Virus record (IMG/VR): IMGVR_UViG_3300005764_000015
Coordinates: 58,058-78,057 of that record
Length of the DNA: 20,000 nt
Source of the DNA: an uncultured virus (IMG/VR IMGVR_UViG_3300005764_000015)
Taxonomy: Duplodnaviria; Heunggongvirae; Uroviricota; Caudoviricetes
Reading direction: 5' to 3' (one strand)
Positions within the stretch are counted from its first letter, which is position 1. Each line of letters starts with the position of its first letter. This document shows positions 1 through 7,944 of this stretch, one piece after another. Under the pieces are notes generated by a model. The model ran no database searches and was not told the origin of the DNA. It worked only from the letters and a program-made list of their open reading frames with translations. The translations under genes and the position numbers were made by a program.

Positions 1-471
1 AATGACTTTCTCCAAAAAGTTGATACACTATCGTCGCCTGACGGATGCTGGTTGTGGAAGGGTGCAACAAAGGATGAAGGCTACGGCAAAGTGTTTCTGC
101 GTATGCCAAATGGAAGTATTGAACGCACTGCTCATCGCGCTGCCTTCATTTGGTGGGTTGCTGCTTTGACGAAAGCAAGACCCTGTGTTTTGCATAGAAG
201 TTTTTGCAATAACCGAAACTGTCTGAATCCAAGCCACTTGTATGCCGGGACAAAAGAAGATAATACAAATGATAGAATTGCTTGGGGCAGCAATAACTAC
301 TCTAGTGGCATGAATAACCCCAATAGTAAGTTGACAGAACTACAAGTTAGAGTGATTCGCTCTTTGTACTCTAGGACGCGCATGTCCCAGCAAAAGCTAG
401 CCGATATTTTTGGTACAACTGATACAGCGATATGGTCTGTCGTCAATCGAAAGACATGGCCTAACTTGTAA
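1..471 (+). CDS. HNH homing endonuclease with C-terminal helical DNA-binding domain (5' end lies outside the window)
   Basis: Frame is open from base 1 (NDFLQKVDTLSSPDGCWLWKG). Motifs: CWLW, GYG, AHRAA, VLHRSFCNNRNCLNPSHLYAGTKEDN, and C-terminal KLTELQVRVIR...RKTW. Confidence 0.9.
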   Translation, partial: NDFLQKVDTLSSPDGCWLWKGATKDEGYGKVFLRMPNGSIERTAHRAAFIWWVAALTKARPCVLHRSFCNNRNCLNPSHLYAGTKEDNTNDRIAWGSNNYSSGMNNPNSKLTELQVRVIRSLYSRTRMSQQKLADIFGTTDTAIWSVVNRKTWPNL

Positions 472-472
472 C

Positions 473-1795
473 ATGGATAGTGAGCTCAGACTACAGCTGC
501 TGCGCGCGCTGGTCCGGGACCGTCAGTTTCTCAAGTCATCCTGGCGGGACGTAGATCCGACCACGTTTGCGGAGAAGGAAGAGCGCACGATTGCTAAGGC
601 GGCCTTAGGCTTTTGGGAGAAGTACGAGTCGCCGATTGGACCTATGTTGCGATCGGCTATAGATGAAGAAATCTCCAAGAATGGGATGGCGGTTAAGACC
701 AAGCAGAAGCTGAAGGACTTGGTCAATCTAATACAGGCGCAGAAGCTAGAGCCAGTTTCTCTATTAGCGCTGCAGGACAGAATAAAGTCACTAAAGCATA
801 ACTCGTTCTACGAAACAGCATTAGACGAAATCATTACCGCACACGAAGCCCACGAGTTCAACGTGGAGATGCTTCGCGAAATAATCGAGAAGGCTGCGAT
901 CGAGTTACAGACTGGGAAAGTCGAAGCCAGAGACTATCTAGACCAGCTCGAGAACCGCATAACTCGACGCAACCATTGGGACGAATTGAAAAAGTACCCG
1001 ATGCTGCTAATAGATCCATTGGATGAGAAGGTCCGATCTATTGGTCGCGGGCATATCGGCTTGTTACTCGCCCCGTACTCCAGTGGCAAGGGCTTAGCAC
1101 TAGCATACATAGCTACAGCCTATGCAATGCAAGGCTTGAAGGTTCTCTTCATCACGCTAGAGGATCCTTTGGATCAAGTCGAGGATCGGCTTGATGCATC
1201 ATTAACAGGGCTGCCGTTATCGCGGTTGCAACAGCTACCTAATCGACTTAGGAAAAGGTTCCGACGCATCAAGAAGCAGATGCGTGGGCGTATCCATATT
1301 GTTGATGGCACAGAGGGTGGGTGGACACTTTCACAGATAGAAAAGTTATGGGAGCAAGAAAGGCAAGCAGGCTTCGTAGCCGACGTCATTATCATAGACT
1401 ATGACGATGAAATAGAATGCGAGAAGCAGTTCAAAGGTGAAAGTGCAAGGAGGATGGAGTTTGCTTGGGTGTACCGCCGGATGAGAAGGATGGCAGCCAA
1501 GCTTGACGTAATACTCTGGACAGCCGCACAAGCTTCGAGAGGTGCTGAAGGTAAGCGTATTGTAACCGGCAAGGATACTGCAGAGGACATTTCCAAGGTG
1601 CGTAAGGTGACCTTTGCGATAGGTATTGGTGGAGATCCGAGGGAGGAGAACACGAAGACTCTGTATGTAATCCGCCATCGCTTAGACCGTAGTAGATTCG
1701 CAGTAGATATAAAAACGAATTTCAGATGTGGATTGTTTTATGATAGAGAAGCCACCCTTGCCGCGAAACGGCGCCCTCGCAGACCTGCAAGCTAG
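473..1795 (+). CDS. DnaB-like (SF4) replicative DNA helicase
   Basis: ATG at 473 just after the HNH stop (the ORF track start at 410 is upstream in the same frame). Walker A-like APYSSGKG, VLFITLE, Walker B IIIDYD, WTAAQASR, AEDISK. Located near the primase. Confidence 0.88.
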   Translation: MDSELRLQLLRALVRDRQFLKSSWRDVDPTTFAEKEERTIAKAALGFWEKYESPIGPMLRSAIDEEISKNGMAVKTKQKLKDLVNLIQAQKLEPVSLLALQDRIKSLKHNSFYETALDEIITAHEAHEFNVEMLREIIEKAAIELQTGKVEARDYLDQLENRITRRNHWDELKKYPMLLIDPLDEKVRSIGRGHIGLLLAPYSSGKGLALAYIATAYAMQGLKVLFITLEDPLDQVEDRLDASLTGLPLSRLQQLPNRLRKRFRRIKKQMRGRIHIVDGTEGGWTLSQIEKLWEQERQAGFVADVIIIDYDDEIECEKQFKGESARRMEFAWVYRRMRRMAAKLDVILWTAAQASRGAEGKRIVTGKDTAEDISKVRKVTFAIGIGGDPREENTKTLYVIRHRLDRSRFAVDIKTNFRCGLFYDREATLAAKRRPRRPAS

Positions 1796-2267
1796 ATTCC
1801 TGAAGCACGTAGATAAGACGTCATCGCCAAAGGGATGTTGGCTGTGGGTTAGCTCTACGCGTGGTGGTGGTTATGGCAACATATCAATTCGCATGCCAGA
1901 TGGACACATGGAGTGTCTTGCGCATCGAATAGCTTATATCTGGTGGATCGGCCCCATTCCAGCGGGAAAGGAAGTCTGTCATAGAGGATTTTGTAATAAT
2001 CCACATTGCGTAAATCCTGATCACTTATACGCTGATACACATCAGCAGAATATGGCTGTTTCGATAGCTTTAGGCACGTTTAACTTTTTTCTGGTCAGAA
2101 GAGGTGAGCAGGTTCATGGCTCTAAGTTGACTGACTTGCAGGTTAGAGTAATTCGTGCTCTTGTTCGCAGAGGGATGATGCAGAAGAACGTTGCTAAGTG
2201 CTTTGGCTTAACACACGGCGCCGTGTGGAAAATAATTAGCCGAAAGACGTGGAAGCATGTTACTTAA
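1740..2267 (+). CDS. HNH homing endonuclease
   Basis: RFLKHVDK..GCWLW, GYG, AHRIAY, VCHRGFCNNPHCVNPDHLYADTHQQN, KLTDLQVRVIR...RKTWKHV. Overlaps the helicase 3' end and the primase start. Start is ATG 1740 or GTG 1728. Confidence 0.9.
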   Translation: MIEKPPLPRNGALADLQARFLKHVDKTSSPKGCWLWVSSTRGGGYGNISIRMPDGHMECLAHRIAYIWWIGPIPAGKEVCHRGFCNNPHCVNPDHLYADTHQQNMAVSIALGTFNFFLVRRGEQVHGSKLTDLQVRVIRALVRRGMMQKNVAKCFGLTHGAVWKIISRKTWKHVT

Positions 2268-3219
2268 AGAGGTCTTAGAAGCAGCGGGCGTCGAGTACCA
2301 CGAGTCAAGGTCCAAGAAATACGAAGTTACGATGAACTGCCCGTTCTGCGAGGAACGCGATGAGAGCCCGGACCACAGATACAGACTGGGACTCAACCTT
2401 GACCAGGGCCGGGGCCACTGTTTCAATTGCGACTGGAAATCCAACAGCTTCAGCTTCACGCTGCGAGAGTTCTGTCGCGTATTCGGCATCAAACGCAGAG
2501 TAGCACTGCGGGCAGCAGAGCCGGAAGTGAAAGAAGAAAAAGCACCGCAGATCACGGGCTGGCCGGTGGGATACGAGCCGTTTCTATTCGGGCAGAAGAT
2601 GGAGCCGTTCGAGCACAAGGCGTACAGATATCTCCAGCTGCGGGGAGTGACCAAGCTACAGGTAGAACGCCATGAAATCGGCTATGCAGAAGTAGGGCCG
2701 TTTGCCGGTAGAATCGTGTTCCCGGTGATCGGGAAAAAGCATCGGATCTATGGTTGCGTGTCGAGGGCAGTCAGCCGCAGCCTGGAGCCGAAGTACCTGA
2801 ACACGCCTGGTATCAAGCTGCTGTGGAATGCCTATCGCAAGGGCAAGCGTGCGGTGGTGGTCGAAGGGATCATGGACGCACTGGCAGTCGAGCGCGCCGT
2901 ACCCTGGACAGCAGAAACGGTAGCCGTAGCGCGGCTGGGCAGTGCTATCACCCGGCTGCAGCTCCACGCATTGGCCAAGTATGAGGAAGTGGTCATTCTA
3001 CCCGATTGGGATGTTCCGGGTGTCCAAGGGGCGGCGAAGCTTGCAACGATGCTGCTTGAGGGCGGAAAACCGTCCAAAATATGCGTTCCCATCGTGATGG
3101 ATGACCGGGACCCGGCTTCCATGGACCCGCTGGATATCGTGCTGGCAATAGACTCAGCAATCCCGTGGTCCCGTAATACTGAACGTAGACTGAGACTTGC
3201 AGCATCCCGCGCTGCATAG
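2257..3219 (+). CDS. DnaG-like DNA primase (Zn-binding domain + Toprim)
   Basis: N-terminal CPFC...HCFNC; RIVFPV, SRAV..PKYLN; Toprim motifs VVVEGIMDALAV and ILPDWDVPG. Confidence 0.9.
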   Translation: MLLKEVLEAAGVEYHESRSKKYEVTMNCPFCEERDESPDHRYRLGLNLDQGRGHCFNCDWKSNSFSFTLREFCRVFGIKRRVALRAAEPEVKEEKAPQITGWPVGYEPFLFGQKMEPFEHKAYRYLQLRGVTKLQVERHEIGYAEVGPFAGRIVFPVIGKKHRIYGCVSRAVSRSLEPKYLNTPGIKLLWNAYRKGKRAVVVEGIMDALAVERAVPWTAETVAVARLGSAITRLQLHALAKYEEVVILPDWDVPGVQGAAKLATMLLEGGKPSKICVPIVMDDRDPASMDPLDIVLAIDSAIPWSRNTERRLRLAASRAA

Positions 3220-3227
3220 GAGGACAG

Positions 3228-3791
3228 ATGAGCCATCTGGTCGAAGACGACAACAACATAGCAGTTCTGGAATTTATCCACTATATGTGCACGGCACGAG
3301 AGCCGGATGTGCTGGAAATGGGCGCGAAGCGTAGCAGGGCAGAAATCAGCACACTGCATAAATGGTGGATACCGCATGCGAAGTCATTCACCGGCACAGA
3401 CTTCGAGTACGGCTTTGATGTTGACGTGCTGGCAGATGCCCACAGCATGTCCAAGACGTGGAAAGAGCCTACGTTCGACGCCATCATTAGCTGTGCAGTG
3501 TTCGAGCACCTGGAAAAGCCGTGGATCGTAGCGGAAGAAATGGCCAAGATCCTCAAGCCCCGCGGTGCAGTGCTGGTGCAGACGCACCAGAGCTTCCCGT
3601 TGCATAGTTACCCGAACGACTACTGGCGCTTCTCAGCAGACGCAATGCGGGTGCTGTTCCATCGGGGCATCGGCTTCGAAGTGAGAGAATCCGCTTATCA
3701 GTTTCCCTGTCGCATCGAAAGCGAGCGAGACCCCGGCGGGCGCAATCATCCTGCATATCTGAACATCAACTGTTTCGCGGTGAAGCTCTAG
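3228..3791 (+). CDS. Class I SAM-dependent methyltransferase, substrate unknown
   Basis: SD GGAGG before the ATG. Motifs VLEMGA, GTDF..G.DVDVLADAH, FDAIISCAVFEHLEKPW, ILKPRG, FPLH.YP.DYWRF. No DNA-MTase DPPY/NPPY or PC catalytic motif seen. Confidence 0.8.
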   Translation: MSHLVEDDNNIAVLEFIHYMCTAREPDVLEMGAKRSRAEISTLHKWWIPHAKSFTGTDFEYGFDVDVLADAHSMSKTWKEPTFDAIISCAVFEHLEKPWIVAEEMAKILKPRGAVLVQTHQSFPLHSYPNDYWRFSADAMRVLFHRGIGFEVRESAYQFPCRIESERDPGGRNHPAYLNINCFAVKL

Positions 3792-3820
3792 CGTTGTACC
3801 TGCCCGGATTCTGTTATATT
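3791..3820 (+). promoter_or_regulatory. Putative extended -10 promoter (TTGTAC-N15, TGtTATATT)
   Basis: Intergenic. Shares GCnTTG-N11-ATTCTGTTA with the site at 15609-15638. An ATG follows 6 nt after the -10. Confidence 0.6.
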
Positions 3821-3826
3821 CTGTCA

Positions 3827-3964
3827 ATGGCTCCAAGCGCTGAATGCTGGCCCTGGAATAAAGCGCAGCAAGTCGTAGGGTGGAGCGGGGCACAGGCGAT
3901 GGTGGTAGCCCAAAAGAGAGGCGGATCGGCCATCCGATTAGCATTCACCTGGATGGAGTACTAA
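3827..3964 (+). pseudogene. 45-aa ORF resembling the N-terminal half of an HNH endonuclease (remnant or domesticated mini-protein)
   Basis: Manual translation: MAPSAECWPWNKAQQVVGWSGAQAMVVAQKRGGSAIRLAFTWMEY*. CWxW, GW and AIRLAFTW align without gaps to CWLW, GY and AHRIAYIW of the HNH at 1740. Confidence 0.55.
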
Positions 3965-3987
3965 CGCCTCCCACCAAAGGAAGAAAT

Positions 3988-4185
3988 ATGGATGCAGATG
4001 ATCGTAATTATAAGCCGCAGAAAACGCTGGACGAGAGACTGGACGCTTTAACGCAGTCGGTTGAGCTGCTGGCAGAGATGCACAAAGCAAATGAGGTACG
4101 GATGGAGCGAATGGAGCGCTCAATTACCGCAGCGGCTGTGGCGTTTTTGCAGGAGTGGGCCAAGAAGAACGGCAACGAGTCATGA
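3988..4185 (+). CDS. Small coiled-coil hypothetical protein (65 aa)
   Basis: SD AAGGA before ATG 3988; heptad-like LDERLDALTQSVELLAEM; ATGA overlap with the next ORF. Confidence 0.7.
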   Translation: MDADDRNYKPQKTLDERLDALTQSVELLAEMHKANEVRMERMERSITAAAVAFLQEWAKKNGNES

Positions 4186-4388
4186 GCCGCCTGACGCAAG
4201 AAGAGATTGATGCCCTCAAGGGCACCGAAGAGTACGCCAGCGCATTTGCCACGGCATTGGAAATTCACAAGAAGGTGCACGACCCAAACGCCACGCATTT
4301 TCGTGACTGCATAGAATGCAAGAGCGGCTTTGCCCTGCTGCTGGGCGCCGGCCTACAGAAGCTAAAGAATGAAGATAATCCTCATTGA
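4182..4388 (+). CDS. Small hypothetical protein (68 aa) with H..CxxC
   Basis: ATGA coupling to the upstream ORF; overlaps the exonuclease start; HFRDCIEC. Confidence 0.6.
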   Translation: MSRLTQEEIDALKGTEEYASAFATALEIHKKVHDPNATHFRDCIECKSGFALLLGAGLQKLKNEDNPH

Positions 4389-5313
4389 CGCAAAGAACGC
4401 CCTGTTCCGATACGGCTGGGCGTTCAAAACGCTGCAGACGTCGGACGGCACTTACACCGGAGCCGTTTACGGCATCCTGGGGCTGCTGCAGCGACTCAAG
4501 CGTCACCACAGCAACGCTCGCTTTGCGATGGTGTGGGATGGCGAGGGAAAGTCGTGGCGGCATGATTACTGGGCGGGCTACAAGTCGAACAGAGTCAAGA
4601 ACGGCCCCATAGCCGACGGAGTAAAGAGGATCCTTGCCCAGATATCGACCGTGACAGAAGCCACGACTATGCTGGGCATACCGCAATTCCGGGTGCCTAG
4701 GCTGGAAGGCGACGATGCCATAGCGTTGGTAGCAAAGCGGCTGATCGGCGAAGACCACGAAGTAATCATCTACAGCAGTGACAAAGACTTTCTGCAATTA
4801 ATGCCGCTGGGCGTGAAAGTCATCCACAACGCTGAAGAGCCGGTGAACGTGGGATGGGTGAATTTAAAATTCCGGTGCGCGCCGGACAAGGTGCTGCTGG
4901 TCCGGTCCATCGCCGGAGATCCATCGGACGCAATACCGGGCATACTCGAAGGCGTGGGCGTGGTTCGTGCAGCAGATATCATCAACGCCGGATGTAATCC
5001 CAGCTACAGCGATTTCGAGATGCATGACCTGCGGCTGCAGCGTGCATGGAAGCATCTAATTCCTCGATGGGATGAGATACACAGAAATTACACGCTGATG
5101 AAGCTGGTGGATTTCAACACGCTGCCGAAGCGTTATTCGGTAAGCGAATGCCATTGCATCGGCACTGCCATTGAAGACTGTGTGAAGAGCCTGTTGAATT
5201 ATTCTCCCGGCCACAGATACAGATCCTTTCTGCAGATGATGGGCGCGCTGGAGATGGCCCAATTTATTTCCGAAAGACACAGTCTGTGGCAGTTACAACG
5301 CCTGCCAAAATAG
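4369..5313 (+). CDS. 5'-3' exonuclease / flap endonuclease (stand-alone PolI N-terminal-type domain)
   Basis: ILIDAKNALFR, TGAVYG, VWDG, YKSNR, LEGDDAI, SSDKDFLQL, GDPSDAIPGI.GVG. Confidence 0.92.
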   Translation: MKIILIDAKNALFRYGWAFKTLQTSDGTYTGAVYGILGLLQRLKRHHSNARFAMVWDGEGKSWRHDYWAGYKSNRVKNGPIADGVKRILAQISTVTEATTMLGIPQFRVPRLEGDDAIALVAKRLIGEDHEVIIYSSDKDFLQLMPLGVKVIHNAEEPVNVGWVNLKFRCAPDKVLLVRSIAGDPSDAIPGILEGVGVVRAADIINAGCNPSYSDFEMHDLRLQRAWKHLIPRWDEIHRNYTLMKLVDFNTLPKRYSVSECHCIGTAIEDCVKSLLNYSPGHRYRSFLQMMGALEMAQFISERHSLWQLQRLPK

Positions 5314-5333
5314 TGCGAAACATTCCTATAAAG

Positions 5334-5600
5334 CACGCATCGAAAAAAGCCTAAATCATAACTCGTTCCAAGCCCTTGATCTTGCAATAACGGAGTGTTA
5401 CAGTACCGTTGTTCTGGTACGGGTTTCGATGTGTGTACAGTGCAAGTACAAGCCCGGTATATACGCGTTTTGTTGGTAGCAAGCGCATTCGCAACGCCGT
5501 AACCAAGCTGTAACGTTGACGTAGTGAGATCAAGATGAGAAAGGCTCAGAAGAATGTATCCTACATACAGACCAGCGTCGTCTGCAGTGACGCCTCATAG
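5334..5600 (+). ncRNA. Candidate structured non-coding element (RNA leader, ncRNA or origin)
   Basis: Several complementary segments: 5334-5345/5424-5435, 5375-5385/5524-5534, 5397-5403/5508-5514, plus an H-type pseudoknot pattern at 5568-5593. No credible ORF. Confidence 0.35.
5376..5404 (+). promoter_or_regulatory. Putative sigma70-type promoter TTGATC-N17-TACAGT with extended -10 TG
   Basis: Canonical 17-nt spacing; TGTTAnnnT motif shared with four other intergenic sites. Confidence 0.5.
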
Positions 5601-5711
5601 AAGATGCTCTACACCCGGATCGCGCAAAAAGCCTGGGGCACGGTTCGCGGGGCCTAGAATTTCCTAACCGATAATTTTGGGCTATACCAGGAAAAAGAAG
5701 AGCTTAATACT

Positions 5712-7211
5712 ATGATGTCTGAAAAGAAGATATCCCGTAATATAGCTAGCTGTACGGGGCTGATTATTTCGCGATCCCGGCAAACGTATGCTATGATTGC
5801 ACCTGAACACAAGCGGCATATCGACCTTGAAGACGTAGTCCAGGAGGGCTATATAGCCGCGTTGGAGGCTGAGGCCTGCTTCCGGCCCCAAGGGGCAAAA
5901 TTTTCCACGTTCCTATTTAATCGGTTGACGTTTCGGTACAACCACGAGTTTACCGGGAAGCTGACGCAGCAGAAGCGCACTTCGTATCTGGTCGAGCTCG
6001 ATGCACCGCTGAGCGAGGACAGCGATCGAAAGCTGGAGCTGACGGATGACACGTTTACACCCGATTCGGATGTAGATTGCGTCGAAGGCTTCATTAATGT
6101 ATGTAGGCTTCTATCACCGGGAGCTGTGGTGTGGTTCATCGGAACGCTAGTGTCTAGCACACAGGAATGGGAGCGCATGGTTCCTACCAGCGGCGCACGC
6201 AGTGAGATACTGAGGAAAGAGGTTGCAGACGCGGTTAAGATGCAGGGGTACAGTAGGGATGACTATAGCGCATTACGCGGGAGCGAGCGGGCACAAAAAA
6301 TGGCCTTGATTACTCTTGCACGGAATAGTAGCATTGGCTTGGGCACGGAACGAGATGCCCGGATACTGGAGTGTGTAGAGTGTCGTGGTCGCTTCGCTTT
6401 AGCAGCAATCCGCGCCGGTCGATACGTGGTACAGACCATGACCTGCGTGGCCTGCTATCAACAGATGCGGAAGGCAGACCCTGAGGAATCCTGTTTTGGC
6501 AAGTCAAAGACACCCGAACACGAAGGTTATTCGGAAAAAGATGTCGAGTGCACACTGCACTGTAGAGACAGAAAGGTCTGCAGTCAGTTTATTTCAGAGG
6601 AGAAAGATACAATGAAGGAAAAGAAGAGCAAGAAGGCTGCAGAGGAAGTCGAGACTCCGGTGGCCGAGGAAGAAACAAAGAAAAACGGCAGCGGCAAGAA
6701 GAGCGCAGCCGCAGCTGCTCCGGCTGCCAAGCCGAGCAAGAAAGCAGCCAAGGTCGAGGTCGAGGAAGAGGACAGCGAAGACGTCGACATCGAGACCGGG
6801 GACGACGACGAGGAAGAGGAAGAGAAGCCCGTTGCTGCGAAAAAGGCAGCGAAGCAGCCCGGCAAGGTCGCCAAGATGGAGACCAAGACCGAAAAGCCCG
6901 CAAAGGCAGCGAAGACCGAGGGCAAGGCAGCTTCCAACGGCAACAAGGAATATCCGGCGCCGAGTGAGGTGGTCCGGTGGCCGCACAAGACCGGCTCGTG
7001 GATGCAGTACTGTTTCCAGCGCGCCTACAAGGGTGTCAAGGCTACCGAGCTGGAGAACGAGACCAACGAGAGCGGTCGCAAGTGGGCCATCTTTTTGAAG
7101 GTGCTCCGCGGCGGCAAGTCCGGTATGAAGCGGCCGACGCATACGTGGCGTCTGGATGAGACCGGCGGACGACTCAAGATCGGCGACGTGAAGTATTTGG
7201 GCGGTGAATAG
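5712..7211 (+). CDS. Sigma70 region-2/3-like protein fused to a Cys-rich Zn-binding domain and a Lys/Ala/Glu-rich C-terminal region
   Basis: DLEDVVQEGYIAALEA...F.P.GAKFSTFL resembles sigma region 2; ELDAPLSEDSD resembles region 3.2. Cys-rich stretch CVEC, CVAC, SCFG, ECTLHC..C is followed by low-complexity sequence. Confidence 0.7.
   Translation: MMSEKKISRNIASCTGLIISRSRQTYAMIAPEHKRHIDLEDVVQEGYIAALEAEACFRPQGAKFSTFLFNRLTFRYNHEFTGKLTQQKRTSYLVELDAPLSEDSDRKLELTDDTFTPDSDVDCVEGFINVCRLLSPGAVVWFIGTLVSSTQEWERMVPTSGARSEILRKEVADAVKMQGYSRDDYSALRGSERAQKMALITLARNSSIGLGTERDARILECVECRGRFALAAIRAGRYVVQTMTCVACYQQMRKADPEESCFGKSKTPEHEGYSEKDVECTLHCRDRKVCSQFISEEKDTMKEKKSKKAAEEVETPVAEEETKKNGSGKKSAAAAAPAAKPSKKAAKVEVEEEDSEDVDIETGDDDEEEEEKPVAAKKAAKQPGKVAKMETKTEKPAKAAKTEGKAASNGNKEYPAPSEVVRWPHKTGSWMQYCFQRAYKGVKATELENETNESGRKWAIFLKVLRGGKSGMKRPTHTWRLDETGGRLKIGDVKYLGGE
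6612..7211 (+). CDS. Possible internally initiated, histone-like charged protein (in frame with 5712-7211)
   Basis: Strong SD GAGGAG (6597-6602) 9 nt before the in-frame ATG 6612 (MKEKKSKK). Composition and codon style change abruptly at this point. Confidence 0.45.
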   Translation: MKEKKSKKAAEEVETPVAEEETKKNGSGKKSAAAAAPAAKPSKKAAKVEVEEEDSEDVDIETGDDDEEEEEKPVAAKKAAKQPGKVAKMETKTEKPAKAAKTEGKAASNGNKEYPAPSEVVRWPHKTGSWMQYCFQRAYKGVKATELENETNESGRKWAIFLKVLRGGKSGMKRPTHTWRLDETGGRLKIGDVKYLGGE

Positions 7212-7245
7212 CTGTAGAACTCCTGGATGCGCACTTGGGCACACT

Positions 7246-7290
7246 CGCCTGTCCTGGATTCAGAAATGGATTCAGGGCAGGCGGTTTTTT
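7246..7290 (+). terminator. Rho-independent terminator
   Basis: 17-bp stem CGCCTGTCCTGGATTCA / TGGATTCAGGGCAGGCG (includes G-U pairs), GAAA loop, then GTTTTTT. Confidence 0.9.
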
Positions 7291-7305
7291 ATGACTAGTA
7301 GTCAG

Positions 7306-7333
7306 TTGAATGGTCAAGCTTATGTGTTATTGT
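7306..7333 (+). promoter_or_regulatory. Putative promoter TTGAAT-N16-TATTGT with extended -10 TG
   Basis: Directly downstream of the terminator and upstream of the ORF at 7359; TGTTAnnnT motif. Confidence 0.5.
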
Positions 7334-7358
7334 TGGGGCCTAGACGTGGAAGCTCATC

Positions 7359-7622
7359 ATGGATAAACGGGTATATCTGGCTTTGCTCAAATGTGCACAT
7401 CATCATATCGTCGGCGTAGCGATGACGCTCACTTCAGAGGAAGCTACAACTGCACAGAAAAGACTAACTGCGTGGAGCAAGAACTGTCGCTGTAATCTGT
7501 GCGGTTCTGGTCTGACGACAACCTTAGAGGCCACCGAATTTTACACGGTGGAACAGGCGAGACCGTCGCTCGCAATGCGAGCTGCAATTGAAAAGATTTC
7601 ACATAGTGCTGCTGTGAACTGA
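7359..7622 (+). CDS. Hypothetical protein (87 aa), possible Zn binder
   Basis: ORF downstream of a putative promoter; CAHHH and CRCNLC. Confidence 0.55.
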   Translation: MDKRVYLALLKCAHHHIVGVAMTLTSEEATTAQKRLTAWSKNCRCNLCGSGLTTTLEATEFYTVEQARPSLAMRAAIEKISHSAAVN

Positions 7623-7875
7623 AAGTCAAAATAGAACCGACGCGGTCGCGTGGGCAACGAAGATAGCTTTGTTCGATTTCGCAACTGGTCGGCTTTAATC
7701 GGGTTTTTGTCCTACGAGAGCAAGTTAGTCTACATACGTTGGGCTGAGTTGATTTTGTGAATCAATTTGTTTCAATCTGGGCGTGCAGCATCGGGGAACG
7801 GCAAGGGGAAGCTTTCGGAACTGAGCCTTCGAAGGTTTTCGCTACCAAACCTAGCCCAATGTGCCCCGCTCTACT

Positions 7876-7917
7876 AGGCCCCAATGGCTACGATGTGGCC
7901 GTTGGGGCTTTTAGTTT
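7876..7917 (+). terminator. Terminator-like hairpin just upstream of the dpdA-like gene
   Basis: Stem AGGCCCCAATGGCTAC (7876-7891) / GTGGCCGTTGGGGCTT (7895-7910), running into TTTTAGTTT. Confidence 0.6.
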
Positions 7918-7944
7918 AAATGTGGGGACGTGGGAAACTCATAG

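Noticed and set aside
410..472. ORF-track 5' extensions (helicase 410; also 3880, 4155, 11338, 15100, 18590)
   Set aside because: Downstream ATGs with SD sequences or stop/start coupling give better starts.
3916..3977. tRNA/tmRNA-like 3' end (…GCCTCCCACCA) with local stems in 3830-3977
   Set aside because: No T-loop GTTCRA, D-loop or proper cloverleaf. The region is better explained by the 45-aa HNH remnant, though some RNA structure cannot be excluded.
5314..7944. CRISPR array or iteron-type direct repeats in the long intergenic gaps
   Set aside because: No regularly spaced direct repeats were found; only inverted complementarity.
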